Of a DNA stretch of 64,000 nucleotides, positions 45,171 through 54,885 are shown in pieces; the first letter of the stretch is position 1; every line of letters starts with the position of its first letter. The notes under the pieces are model-generated. The model saw only the letters and a list, made by a program, of their open reading frames with translations. It was not told the DNA's origin and did no database searches. Source of the stretch: Candidatus Saccharimonadota bacterium. Its GTDB lineage: Bacteria; Patescibacteriota; Saccharimonadia; Saccharimonadales; JACDBH01. Location: the NCBI GenBank assembly GCA_028289135.1, contig JAQGGW010000003.1:66015-130014 (forward strand), read 5' to 3'. Position numbers and translations under genes: made by a program.

Positions 45171-45200
45171 TAAAAAGCCGCTGTACGAGAGCGGCTTTTT
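45171..45200. terminator. Bidirectional terminator
   Basis: A5-AGCCGCT-gtacgag-AGCGGCT-T5, between the convergent micro-gene and the ABC permease. Confidence 0.7.
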
Positions 45201-45939
45201 AGTTGGCGTCGCGGCGTTGGAATAGGAATGCGCCCACCGCAAGGCCAACAATAATATACAGGCCGCTCACAAGCGCATTTTGGGCTGGTGACACACCTTT
45301 AAAAGCGCCTTGAATGACTACGCCCTGGAGGCTCGAAAATGGCAAATAATGTACTTTGTCTTTAATAAGAGCGGCTAGGATATTCTCTCCCATCAGCGGT
45401 AATAGTAAAAAGGCGACGATGGCACCAATCTGGCTGCGGATAATTGCAACCAGGATAAAAGCATACATCGAATATGCAAATACGCAGTAGGTGCAGCGCA
45501 AAATAACCGACATGTAGTCAAAATGCTGCGGCCCCATAACGTGGCCACCGATTTTGAGGCCTAAAATGGTACAAAGCGGCGAGAAAAACGCGACAAACAG
45601 CCCCATTCCAGCCGAAAAAAGCGCCACCACGAACGCCTTGGCAAAAAATGGTTTGAGACGTTTATTGCTGCTGGTTAAGGAGTACATAACGGTGTTGTAG
45701 CGATACTCATGGCCCAGCTGCATCAGCCCGACAAACGCCAGAATAAGCCCCACAAACAGCACGGCACTTTTAGATTCCCCCGCCAAAAGATCAGGGTTAG
45801 ATAAAGATGGCACAGAAGCCCGTACGCCCTCGATGTAGCCGGCAAATAACGCCGTAATCAGCAAACAGCCGATAACAATAATATAGGTCGTCCGGACGGT
45901 TAGCAGCTTACGCAGTTCGGCTTTTATAGCGTTTTTCAT
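45199..45939 (-). CDS. ABC-2-type transporter permease
   Basis: 6-TM 246-aa protein, ATGA-type overlap with the upstream ATPase. Confidence 0.7.
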   Translation of the reverse strand: MKNAIKAELRKLLTVRTTYIIVIGCLLITALFAGYIEGVRASVPSLSNPDLLAGESKSAVLFVGLILAFVGLMQLGHEYRYNTVMYSLTSSNKRLKPFFAKAFVVALFSAGMGLFVAFFSPLCTILGLKIGGHVMGPQHFDYMSVILRCTYCVFAYSMYAFILVAIIRSQIGAIVAFLLLPLMGENILAALIKDKVHYLPFSSLQGVVIQGAFKGVSPAQNALVSGLYIIVGLAVGAFLFQRRDAN

Positions 45940-46868
45940 GCCTCTTCCTCCGTTTTTGCTTCTGATTCCGGCCCAACGGTTTTATATTCCTGGGCGCCAG
46001 ATGTCATTTCCAAAAATACTTCTTCCAAAGAAGCCGTGTGTGTCAAAAGCTCCAGAACCGGCACGTTGGTGTCATAGGCCAGCTTGCCCAGCTCATCAGT
46101 TGTCGTACCGCTAACCATCAGGCCGCCGTTAACTTTTTCAAAGGCAATTTTGTCACTCTTTAAGCGGCGTTCGAGCTTTGAGCTGCCTTCGACCCGGATA
46201 AATACGTTGGCGTTGCCGCCGTTAGAGATAAGGTTATCAACCGTTGTGCTGGCAATGAGTTTGCCTTTGCCGATGACGATTATGTTGTCGGCCATTAAGG
46301 CCATTTCGCTCAAAAGATGGCTGGAAACAAACACGGCGTTGCCGCGGTCGGCGTAGTCTTTTAAAAACTGGCGCAGCCACGCGATCCCTTCCGGATCCAA
46401 ACCGTTGGCCGGTTCATCGAGCAAAAGGTACTTTGGTTCGCCCAAAATTGCCGCCGCAATGCCCAAGCGCTGGCTCATGCCCAAGCTAAACTTGCCTGGT
46501 TTTTGGTTAGCGACTTCTTTTAGCCCCACAATATCCAGCACTTCGTCGACGCGCGCGTCGCTAATCCCGCCCGCTGCCGCTAAGACACGAAGGTGCCGGC
46601 GCGCAGTGCGGGTTGGGTGAAAAGCCTTGGCCTCAAGCAAAATTCCTACCATCTTCGAAGGTTCTGGGTATTCTTGCAGCGGCTTGCCGTCAAACATTGT
46701 TGAGCCGCCATCGTTGTCGAGCCCAAGCATTAAACGCATAGTCGTGGATTTACCAGCGCCGTTGGGCCCCAAAAATCCAGTTACCTTGCCAGTTGAAACG
46801 CTAAAAGACAAGTCATCAACCGCCAGCTTTTTTTGGTATTTTTTACTGAGGTTTTTAACACTTATCAT
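45936..46868 (-). CDS. ABC transporter ATP-binding protein
   Basis: Walker A GPNGAGKST, signature LSLGMSQR, Walker B LLLDEP. Confidence 0.9.
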   Translation of the reverse strand: MISVKNLSKKYQKKLAVDDLSFSVSTGKVTGFLGPNGAGKSTTMRLMLGLDNDGGSTMFDGKPLQEYPEPSKMVGILLEAKAFHPTRTARRHLRVLAAAGGISDARVDEVLDIVGLKEVANQKPGKFSLGMSQRLGIAAAILGEPKYLLLDEPANGLDPEGIAWLRQFLKDYADRGNAVFVSSHLLSEMALMADNIIVIGKGKLIASTTVDNLISNGGNANVFIRVEGSSKLERRLKSDKIAFEKVNGGLMVSGTTTDELGKLAYDTNVPVLELLTHTASLEEVFLEMTSGAQEYKTVGPESEAKTEEEA

Positions 46869-46916
46869 ATCTAAGGCTAGTATAGCCCTGATATTAAACT
46901 TTTAACAGATACAAAT

Positions 46917-47324
46917 TTAGTCCGTGACGTCTTCGGTGCCGGTATTAATAAGGGCAATCACAATCCAGGCAATTATACCGTAGGCCACCAGGGCAATCAG
47001 AGACTCAAAATCAAAGCGGGAAATGCCGTAATGCGGCTGGTAGTTAAAAAGCCCAACAAACGGAGTGACCAGCGCAGAACTGGCATTATAGATAAAATTA
47101 GCAATGATGTTAGCGGGGTTAGCCCCAACAATGGAAAGTAAAAAGCGCAGGCTCAGCAGAACTGTTACAACAAAGCTGGCCATATAGACAACCCGGGTCA
47201 CCAAGCCGCCAAATACGTCCGTCATACTCCGGTGCACATAGTGGCTGCTCGTTATGCGCGAGTCACGATGGATTAGCCTGTCGTCTGCAGATTGAACTTC
47301 GTGACCGTGTATAAATTGTGTCAT
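46917..47324 (-). CDS. YggT-like membrane protein
   Basis: ...LVTPFVGLFNYQPHYGISRFDFESLIALVAYGII resembles the YGGT repeat. Confidence 0.5.
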   Translation of the reverse strand: MTQFIHGHEVQSADDRLIHRDSRITSSHYVHRSMTDVFGGLVTRVVYMASFVVTVLLSLRFLLSIVGANPANIIANFIYNASSALVTPFVGLFNYQPHYGISRFDFESLIALVAYGIIAWIVIALINTGTEDVTD

Positions 47325-47411
47325 AAATAAATCCTTTACTTAATCCCATTAGTCTACGACGGGCTGCAAAGCAAGGCTGTAAGATATCCGTTTAGGCAGA
47401 TGTGTGAAATA

Positions 47412-48383
47412 TTAAAGCAGCTGCAGCGTCTCTGTGGCGGAGCCGCCGGCCATGATTTTTTCGCGTAATTCTTTGGCGCCGTCAAAGCCGTTTATATAGA
47501 CCTTGCAGAATTTGTTAAGGGTGTGCAACGGGCGCTCGCCGTTCCGCCAAGTGTCCGCAAACAGCGTTACGTGGTGTTTAAAAAGCTCAACCCGCTCCTC
47601 TTTTGTCTTGGACTCCCAGGGTGAAGTTTTGGCAAAAACGTAAGGGTCAGTAAAAATTCCACGGCCGATCATAATCCCGTCGAGTTTATGTTCTTTGGCC
47701 AGCATTTCGCCGTGCTGGCGGCTTTCGACATCACCGTTGCCAACCAGTTTGGTGCTGGGCGCAATTTTGTCGCGCAGTTTTACAATCTCTTCGGCGTCGT
47801 TCCAGTGGGCGGGCACTTTGCTCATTTCTTTGCGGGTTCTAAAGTGTATGGTGAGCATGTCGAGGTTATGGCCTAGCAAAAATTCATGCCATGAAAAGTC
47901 CACTTCGTTAAAGCCAAGCCGTGTTTTGACACTAACCGGCAGTTTGCCGTTAGCGCCTTTTTGGACAGCTTTGATAATTTTACCGGCAAGTTCGGGGTTT
48001 TTGATTAAAGCGCTGCACGCGCCGTTGTTAACTTCGTTTTTGGCCGGGCAGCCCATGTTTATATCAATCCCGCTAAAGTTTACGCCGTCTGGCAGGCCAA
48101 GCTCTTTAGCCAACGAGCCGTCGCCAATCTGGCGGGCAATTGTTTCGAAGTTGTCAGGGTTTAGGCCCCAAAGCTGGGCAATCAACGGCCCTTCGTTAGC
48201 TCTAAAAAGCAGTTTTTTGAGTAGTTTTGGACGGCCCGGGCTCATAAGGCCATCAACATTCACAAACTCCGTAAAATACATGTCGGCCGGGGCACACTCC
48301 TGCACAATTTGCCTAAAAACCGTCTCGGTGACGTCATCCATTGGCGCAAGTACAAAAAATGGTTTCGGCAACGAAAGGGGCAT
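47412..48383 (-). CDS. dus: tRNA-dihydrouridine synthase
   Basis: LAPMDDVTETVFRQ, DINMGCP, TIM-barrel flavoenzyme layout. Confidence 0.85.
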   Translation of the reverse strand: MPLSLPKPFFVLAPMDDVTETVFRQIVQECAPADMYFTEFVNVDGLMSPGRPKLLKKLLFRANEGPLIAQLWGLNPDNFETIARQIGDGSLAKELGLPDGVNFSGIDINMGCPAKNEVNNGACSALIKNPELAGKIIKAVQKGANGKLPVSVKTRLGFNEVDFSWHEFLLGHNLDMLTIHFRTRKEMSKVPAHWNDAEEIVKLRDKIAPSTKLVGNGDVESRQHGEMLAKEHKLDGIMIGRGIFTDPYVFAKTSPWESKTKEERVELFKHHVTLFADTWRNGERPLHTLNKFCKVYINGFDGAKELREKIMAGGSATETLQLL

Positions 48384-48386
48384 AAA

Positions 48387-48650
48387 TTAGCTGCTTATCC
48401 GTGTTCTTGCTTCGTCAAAAACCCTTAGCCCCGCCACTGCGTGAGCACCAAGTTTGGCGGGTTCATGCGGCAAAACTGGCTCTTCTGCCGTTACTTCTAC
48501 CTGCGTTACTATCTCTGCACTTTGGCGCACGATTGCAAAGAATTCAGCTTTCTCAATACCGCGCCTAAAAGCAGCTAAACCGGCATCGTCCAGACCCGCC
48601 GGAGGCGTCAGTTCATAACCTATTGAATTGATAGAGTTTTCATTAGACAT
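48387..48650 (-). CDS. Hypothetical protein, 87 aa
   Basis: ORF only. Confidence 0.4.
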   Translation of the reverse strand: MSNENSINSIGYELTPPAGLDDAGLAAFRRGIEKAEFFAIVRQSAEIVTQVEVTAEEPVLPHEPAKLGAHAVAGLRVFDEARTRISS

Positions 48651-48692
48651 AATATTAAATTATACCACACATTGAACTATTTGTCCAGGTTT

Positions 48693-49043
48693 TTAGCGCT
48701 TACGACTTGTTTTTAATGGATTAGTAATCCAGCCCTGTTTGATACCGTACCGCTCAAGCGCAACTGGTAAAACAAAAGCTATCGTTATAGTCATTAGTGC
48801 TATTAAAATCCCAGTCGTCATACCAATTACAAGCGGAGGAAGACTAGCTTGACCAATAATGCTTATAAGATAAAAAAAGCCAAAGACTACTAATAGGGTA
48901 ATTAGAATATTATAGAGATATAGACGACTTGCCTTCTTACTTAAAGCACGTGAACGCACATTCCATAAACCATTCCTCTGGAAAAGTAGTAATGCGGACC
49001 TGGAGTCGTAATAACGTTTCCACCAGGGTAGCTTTTTGCTCAT
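48693..49043 (-). CDS. Hypothetical membrane protein, 116 aa
   Basis: Two or three hydrophobic helices. Confidence 0.45.
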   Translation of the reverse strand: MSKKLPWWKRYYDSRSALLLFQRNGLWNVRSRALSKKASRLYLYNILITLLVVFGFFYLISIIGQASLPPLVIGMTTGILIALMTITIAFVLPVALERYGIKQGWITNPLKTSRKR

Positions 49044-49069
49044 GGTTTTAATATAACAGTAGGCTTAGC

Positions 49070-50188
49070 TTATTCCCAACGGAAGACACGGAAAGCGATG
49101 AAGTACACCACTATCATCCACACCGCCATAATCCCGAGCTGCGGGCCAAGCTGGGTAAGGTGCTTGCCCTCGGTCGCAATCAAGCGGGCGCCATCAATAA
49201 CAGGGGTAAGCGGGAAAAAGTTGGTAACGCTTTGGAGCCAGATAGGCATTGCAAAGCGCGGGAAGAACGTACCGCTTAAAAACATCATCGGGAAAACTAC
49301 AATGTTAGCTAGCGGCGCGGCTTGGCGCTCGTTTTTGGCCCAACCGCCAATGCTCAAACCAATACCCAAAATAAGCACGATGCTAAAGACCAAGAAAATG
49401 GCTAGTTCGAAGTAGTTGCCAACGACCTTGAGGTGGAACAGTGTCATAGCCACCGCAAACATCACTCCAAGCGTCATAAGGCCCACTACGGCGTTGCCGA
49501 GCATGATAGACAGGAAATACTGCCAAACACGCAACGGAGTGGTGTGGAGGCGGCGGAGGATGCCCATCTTTTTAAGTTCTGGGAAGATGTTGATCGGGCC
49601 AAAAATGCCCGCGCCCAAGATAGCGAAGCCGAGTAAGCCCGCAAATGTGTAGTCAAACGAAGACAAACTTTTGTCATTAAGCTGCTTTGGAACGGCTACA
49701 AAAGGCGTAGTAGTCTTAATAATGCCTGCATTTACAGGGGTAAAGTAGCGTGTCTGCAAAAAGCCCTGGACTGCCTGGCCGGCTTGGGCGCCGTTTTGGG
49801 TATACAAAACTTCGGCCTGGCCACTTGGGTGGCCGTCTTTTAGCTGGCCAAAGTTTGCCGGGAAGATAATCGTCGCGTCCAGCTGGCCGCGGGTCATGGC
49901 TTCTTTCGCGGCTTTTAGCGTATTGATTTTACTGTCAATTTTTAGGATCTTGTCCTTGCCCGCACTGGTTACAAAGTCTTTATAATATTGGCTGTCGGTA
50001 CTGCTAACAACTGCGACTTTAAAGCTTGTGCCAGAGTGGCCTGAAATTCCACCAAATACGAAAAGAAAAATTAGTGGGAACAAAAACGTAAAGAAAATGG
50101 CCGTTTTGTCGCGGAAAAGGCGCTTAAAGTTGGTGACAAAAAACACCCAAACGGTAAACAGCTTAGTTCTCATGCTCATTTTTTTCAT
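49070..50188 (-). CDS. ABC-2-type transporter permease
   Basis: 372 aa; N-terminal TM, large loop, 5 C-terminal TM helices. Confidence 0.75.
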   Translation of the reverse strand: MKKMSMRTKLFTVWVFFVTNFKRLFRDKTAIFFTFLFPLIFLFVFGGISGHSGTSFKVAVVSSTDSQYYKDFVTSAGKDKILKIDSKINTLKAAKEAMTRGQLDATIIFPANFGQLKDGHPSGQAEVLYTQNGAQAGQAVQGFLQTRYFTPVNAGIIKTTTPFVAVPKQLNDKSLSSFDYTFAGLLGFAILGAGIFGPINIFPELKKMGILRRLHTTPLRVWQYFLSIMLGNAVVGLMTLGVMFAVAMTLFHLKVVGNYFELAIFLVFSIVLILGIGLSIGGWAKNERQAAPLANIVVFPMMFLSGTFFPRFAMPIWLQSVTNFFPLTPVIDGARLIATEGKHLTQLGPQLGIMAVWMIVVYFIAFRVFRWE

Positions 50189-50961
50189 ATCGCGGCCAAT
50201 CCCTTTCCAGTCATTTCAATAAATACGTCTTCCAGGTTTGCCTGCTCGACTTTTTGGTTCTTGGTAAAACCCTTGGCCAGCAAGTTCTTAATGAGGTTCT
50301 TAGGCGTGTCGAGGGCGATGATATTGCCGTCGTCCATAATGGCGATCCGGTCACACAACACCTCGGCTTCGTCCATATAATGGGTGGTCAGGATGACGCT
50401 AATGCCGCGGTCACGGACTTCTTCAATGAGCTTCCAGAGGTTGCGGCGGGCTTGTGGGTCAAGACCGGTTGTTGGCTCGTCCAAGAAAAAGACTTTTGGG
50501 TTATGAACAAGCGCTGCGGTGATGCTAAAGCGCTGTTTTTGGCCGCCAGACAGGTTTTCGACGAAGCTGTTTGCTTTGTCGCCCAGGTTAACATCATCCA
50601 AAAACTTTTTAACATCGACTTTTTCGCCATAGGCCGCAGCAAACATCTGGATCAGCTCGCTCAGCTTGGTTTTGTCTTGGAATCCTGGTGCTTGGGGCTG
50701 GACGCCAATAATGGCCCGGACTTCGTAAGGATGCTCAGCAACGTTTAGACCAGCGAGAGTAGCTGTGCCACCGTCGATTTCGCGGAGTGTCTCGATCATT
50801 TCGAGAGTCGTGGTCTTGCCGGCGCCGTTTGGCCCTAATATGCCAAAAACTTCGCCTTTTCTGACTTCAAAGCTAATGCCGTTTACAGCTACTTTGTCGT
50901 CATATTTTTTAGTAAGTTTGTGAACTTTTAGAATTATTTCATCTGAGATATGTCTTGTCAT
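50185..50961 (-). CDS. ABC transporter ATP-binding protein (DrrA-like)
   Basis: Walker A GPNGAGKTT, LSGGQKQR, FFLDEPT. Confidence 0.9.
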   Translation of the reverse strand: MTRHISDEIILKVHKLTKKYDDKVAVNGISFEVRKGEVFGILGPNGAGKTTTLEMIETLREIDGGTATLAGLNVAEHPYEVRAIIGVQPQAPGFQDKTKLSELIQMFAAAYGEKVDVKKFLDDVNLGDKANSFVENLSGGQKQRFSITAALVHNPKVFFLDEPTTGLDPQARRNLWKLIEEVRDRGISVILTTHYMDEAEVLCDRIAIMDDGNIIALDTPKNLIKNLLAKGFTKNQKVEQANLEDVFIEMTGKGLAAI

Positions 50962-51057
50962 AAGTAATAGTATACATGTTAAGTATCCTCATTAAAACCC
51001 TGTTTCAGATTAAATAAATCCTCCATTTGAGAAATGCAGCTAAGTGGAATATGTCAC

Positions 51058-51178
51058 CCGGTGCTTTTCAGTAGTGCAGTTTGGTCGAAGAACGAGCACC
51101 GGATTCGGAGTGTATACAGAAATACATGGAGAAACGGAGCGGAGTTATTCGGCCAAAATGTGCACTGAAAAGTGACGG
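51058..51178 (+). ncRNA. Structured element copy 2 (paralog of 15955-16073)
   Basis: Same conserved blocks and the same three helices with different sequence. Followed 14 nt later by a bidirectional terminator. Confidence 0.45.
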
Positions 51179-51191
51179 CCTAGCGTCAAAT

Positions 51192-51219
51192 AAAAAGAGC
51201 TCCCGAGGGAGCTCTTTTT
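51192..51219. terminator. Bidirectional terminator
   Basis: A5-GAGCTCCC-ga-GGGAGCTC-T5. Confidence 0.75.
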
Positions 51220-51234
51220 ATTTGTAAGCGTTAA

Positions 51235-51435
51235 CTAAGCAGCGCGCTTGACTGTTAGGAAACCGTTACGTGGGTTTTCGTTAACCATCATACCTGCAGG
51301 AACAGCATCAACAGCCTCTGGGCGCTCGTCCTTGCTAAAGTAATAGATTGTCTGCTCTTTGCCGCCGCGTAGAACAACAGCCTTTGAATTTAAGAAGTAT
51401 GTTACCCCTTTTGAGTTTGTGTGCTTGTAAGCCAT
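51235..51435 (-). CDS. Small conserved-looking hypothetical protein, 66 aa
   Basis: MAYKHTNSKGVTYFLNSKAVVLRGGKEQTIYYFSKDERPEAV...; GAGGG-type SD region upstream. Confidence 0.5.
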   Translation of the reverse strand: MAYKHTNSKGVTYFLNSKAVVLRGGKEQTIYYFSKDERPEAVDAVPAGMMVNENPRNGFLTVKRAA

Positions 51436-51678
51436 TTATCTTCTCCCTCTCTTATCATTAGTAATGGTACCCCTAACATACGCCGGGATGTTTTTGTTTG
51501 TCAATGGGGTAACTTCTTAATTTTAGTTAAAATCCTGGTTTTAACAGATTACACCGGTGTTAATAAAATTACTCGAGAGAAGTTATGTGGATAAAGATTA
51601 AACCCCCTTGCCTGCGCTTATGGTTATGCGGTACACTTGGATGCGTAACACTATTTATGTAAAAGAGAGGGAAGAATA

Positions 51679-52299
51679 ATGGATATGGTTAGCCATCCAG
51701 GCCAGCAGTCTGCTGCGCCAACTCCTGTACAACAACAGGCCGCAGGCAAAGGTCCTGCTAAAAAAAGCAAACTATACAAGGGCGAAGGCTTACGGATCTT
51801 AAACGTTGTCCTGCTTATTTTAGTTGCACTTATCATTGGGCTAATTGCTCTTTATGTAGCGCTTAGCAACAACAGCGGCGAAACCAAGTATGTAGACAAG
51901 ACTAAGTTCCAGGCCATCTTCCTAAACGGCGGCCAGGTCTATTTTGGTAAAGTCCACGCAATGAACGAAAAGTACATTACACTCGACAACATTTACTACC
52001 TCCGCGTTAACCAACAGGTCCAGCCAAACCAAAGCACTGCTAGCACTGCAAACCAGGACGTTTCTTTGGCTAAGCTAGGTTGTGAGCTCCACGGCCCAAC
52101 CGATGTTATGGTTATCAACCGCGAACAAGTTCTCTTCTGGGAAAACCTTAAGGCAAGCGGCCAGGTCACAAAGGCTATCACCGCTTACGTAAAGGCTAAC
52201 CCACAAGGCCAGTCATGTGATACTGCTTCAGGCACCGGAACCGGCACAGGTTCTTCAACCGGCACAGGCACGACCACCACTCCTACAGTTACTAAGTAG
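51679..52299 (+). CDS. Hypothetical membrane-anchored protein with Gly/Thr-rich C-terminus
   Basis: GAGGGAAG SD, single TM. Confidence 0.5.
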   Translation: MDMVSHPGQQSAAPTPVQQQAAGKGPAKKSKLYKGEGLRILNVVLLILVALIIGLIALYVALSNNSGETKYVDKTKFQAIFLNGGQVYFGKVHAMNEKYITLDNIYYLRVNQQVQPNQSTASTANQDVSLAKLGCELHGPTDVMVINREQVLFWENLKASGQVTKAITAYVKANPQGQSCDTASGTGTGTGSSTGTGTTTTPTVTK

Positions 52300-52403
52300 T
52301 AGTACAGGTTCGTAGTTAAAGAGGCCCCCTAAAAAGGGTCTCTTTTCTTTTAAATGGCAATTTGGCTATGACTATAACCCTAGCGCTTATATACTGTTAA
52401 GTA

Positions 52404-53024
52404 ATGTCCAACCGTAAACGCAGGCTGCACCATATCCTAATACTGCTCAGGCGGGTTAACTCTTTCCTGCTGCTGGGGCTGTGTATCTTTTTTGCTGTGA
52501 TGGCGGTTTTGGCACTGCGCAGCAATAACCAGAACATGGTTAAGCTCCGCTCGGCGGTATTTGAAGCCGACAAAAACAACAAAGACATTGAGCAGTCGTT
52601 AAAAAACCTGCGCGAATATGTCTATGATCACATGAATACCAACCTGGCCAGCGGCGCCAACGCAGTTAAGCCACCGATCCAACTAAAATACACCTTTGAT
52701 CGCCTCAACGCGGCCAATGCGGCCGCCTACCAAGCCCAGACGAAGCAAGTGTTGGACGACGCCGAGGCCACCTGTGTTGCCCAATATCCTGGGTCGGTGT
52801 TCAGCCAGCCCCGCTCAGAATGCGCCAAGGCTTACGGCGCCGCGCACCCAGTTACCCAAAAGTCCATCCAGGACGACCTCTATAAGTTCGACTTCCTATC
52901 ACCAGCGTGGTCACCTGACCAAGCCGGGTGGAGCATTTTGGCGGCCGGCTTCTTCTTTATGCTATTTGTTGTGCGGGTTTTGAGTTCTTGGGTTATAAAG
53001 CGCGAGCTCGAGAGCAACTCTTAA
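52404..53024 (+). CDS. Hypothetical two-TM protein
   Basis: N- and C-terminal TM helices. Confidence 0.45.
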   Translation: MSNRKRRLHHILILLRRVNSFLLLGLCIFFAVMAVLALRSNNQNMVKLRSAVFEADKNNKDIEQSLKNLREYVYDHMNTNLASGANAVKPPIQLKYTFDRLNAANAAAYQAQTKQVLDDAEATCVAQYPGSVFSQPRSECAKAYGAAHPVTQKSIQDDLYKFDFLSPAWSPDQAGWSILAAGFFFMLFVVRVLSSWVIKRELESNS

Positions 53025-53038
53025 ATTAACTGATACGG

Positions 53039-53044
53039 TATACT
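53039..53044 (+). promoter_or_regulatory. -10 box TATACT, 6 nt upstream of ATG 53051 (leaderless candidate)
   Basis: ggTATACTacttttATG. Confidence 0.35.
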
Positions 53045-53050
53045 ACTTTT

Positions 53051-54349
53051 ATGCACATATTTTTCTCTGGCATTGGCGGTACTGGCATCGGACCATTGGC
53101 GTTAATTGCCAAAGAAGCAGGTTATGAAGTCAGCGGCTCCGACAAGCAAGACAGCCAATATATTAAATATCTGGCCGCACACGGAATTACCAATGTTCAC
53201 ATTGGCCAAACCGAAGAAGCTTTTGCCGCCGCCAACGCCAAAAAGCCGGTGGACTGGTATGTTTACTCATCTGCCCTGCCCAAAGAAAATCCCAACCACC
53301 CTGAGCTGTTATATGTACAGTCTAACGGCATCAAGCACTCCAAGCGCGATGAATTTTTAAACCAGATACTGCGCGATAAAAAGCTCAAACTCGTCGCCAT
53401 AGCCGGGACGCACGGCAAAACCACCACCACCGCCATGACAGTCTGGCTTTTTAAAGAGCTTAAAATCCCAATTAGCTTTTCGGTTGGCGCCAAAACGGCT
53501 TCGGGCGACATGGGCCAGTTTGACCCAGCCAGCGAATATTTTGTCTACGAATGCGACGAATTTGACCGCAATTTCTTGGCCTTTCACCCGTGTATTAGCC
53601 TAATAACAGGGATTGCCTGGGATCACCACGAAGTTTTCCCGACACTTGAGGACTACCAAGAGGCATTCCGGCAATTTATGAGCCAAAGCAGCGCCAACAT
53701 CGTCTGGCAGGCCGACATGGACGTGGCTACCATCCACATGGGCCAGAAAGACACGGTGCTGGACTACGAAGACCGCGAACTGCATGCTATCACCCTAGAC
53801 GGCCTCTATAACCGTCGTAACGCGTGGCAGGCGGTGAAAGCCGTGCACCAGCTGACTCATGAACCACAGGACAAGCTTATTGAAATAATAAACACCTTTC
53901 CCGGGCTTTCGCGCCGCATGGAGCGGATTATCCCCAACCTCTACACCGACTACGCCCACACGCCCGAAAAAGTCGTTGGCGGGATCAACACCGCGCTGGA
54001 GCTGGCAAAACCAGGCGAGCAAAAAGTCGTGGTGGTTTACGAGCCCTTGACCAACCGCCGCATGCACTACACCCGTGACAAACACGCCAAAATTTTTGAA
54101 GGCGCTGCGCGGATTTACTGGGTGCCGAGCTATTTGGCGCGCGAAGATCCAAACCTGCCAATTTTAAGCCCCAAGGAGCTGATCCAATCACTCGACCCTG
54201 ATTTGCAAGAGCTGGCCGAACCTCACAAGCTTAACGAAACACTCAAAAAAGCCATCCAAAAACACCTTAAAGATGGCGACTTAGTCGTGGGAATGAGTGG
54301 AGGCGGCGGAAACTCATTGGACGAATGGCTGCGCAGGGAATTTAAGTGA
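53051..54349 (+). CDS. murC: Mur ligase, UDP-N-acetylmuramate--L-alanine ligase-like (MurC/Mpl)
   Basis: FSGIGGTGIGPLALIAKEAGYEVSGSD N-terminal fold and GTHGKTTTTAM P-loop. MurC versus Mpl not resolvable by eye. Confidence 0.75.
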   Translation: MHIFFSGIGGTGIGPLALIAKEAGYEVSGSDKQDSQYIKYLAAHGITNVHIGQTEEAFAAANAKKPVDWYVYSSALPKENPNHPELLYVQSNGIKHSKRDEFLNQILRDKKLKLVAIAGTHGKTTTTAMTVWLFKELKIPISFSVGAKTASGDMGQFDPASEYFVYECDEFDRNFLAFHPCISLITGIAWDHHEVFPTLEDYQEAFRQFMSQSSANIVWQADMDVATIHMGQKDTVLDYEDRELHAITLDGLYNRRNAWQAVKAVHQLTHEPQDKLIEIINTFPGLSRRMERIIPNLYTDYAHTPEKVVGGINTALELAKPGEQKVVVVYEPLTNRRMHYTRDKHAKIFEGAARIYWVPSYLAREDPNLPILSPKELIQSLDPDLQELAEPHKLNETLKKAIQKHLKDGDLVVGMSGGGGNSLDEWLRREFK

Positions 54350-54882
54350 GCCTATTTATAGTTTTAGTTGGCTTTAATGCTTCTGGCAAGACGACGCTCG
54401 CAAAAAAACTCGAGGCAGATCTGGGCCTCAACATCGTGAGCGGTGACCCATTGCGGCTGCTTATTAAACAAGAGATCCTTTATTTTCATGATTTTGACAT
54501 TAGTATTCCGACCCAAAAAGGCATTCCGACGCGTGAGGTTATACATCAGTACCGCAAAGGCATGAGCAAAGTCCTTTTGTCCGCTAAACAATCTGTTATT
54601 TACGACTCAAACGCGCTAAAAAAGGCCGACCGGCTGGCTATATTCCAAGACGTGACCAATGGAATCGATGGGGTTACAAAAGTTATAATCCATGTCGACT
54701 TGCCCGAGCAAGAATTAATAAAAAGGTTACAGGCACGGCCTGAAGAAAATTGGGTTGAACATTATGAACTGTACAAAAAGCCTACTTACGAACAGCCTAC
54801 CCCTGATGAATGTGACAAACTGCTGGTTTATAACCAAGACAACTACGACGAAATCCGCCTGGCGCTAAAGGGACTTTTGTAA
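54346..54882 (+). CDS. P-loop kinase-like protein (AAA_33/zeta-toxin-like fold)
   Basis: Walker A GFNASGKTT. GTGA overlap with the murC-like gene. Confidence 0.55.
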   Translation: MSLFIVLVGFNASGKTTLAKKLEADLGLNIVSGDPLRLLIKQEILYFHDFDISIPTQKGIPTREVIHQYRKGMSKVLLSAKQSVIYDSNALKKADRLAIFQDVTNGIDGVTKVIIHVDLPEQELIKRLQARPEENWVEHYELYKKPTYEQPTPDECDKLLVYNQDNYDEIRLALKGLL

Positions 54883-54885
54883 CAG

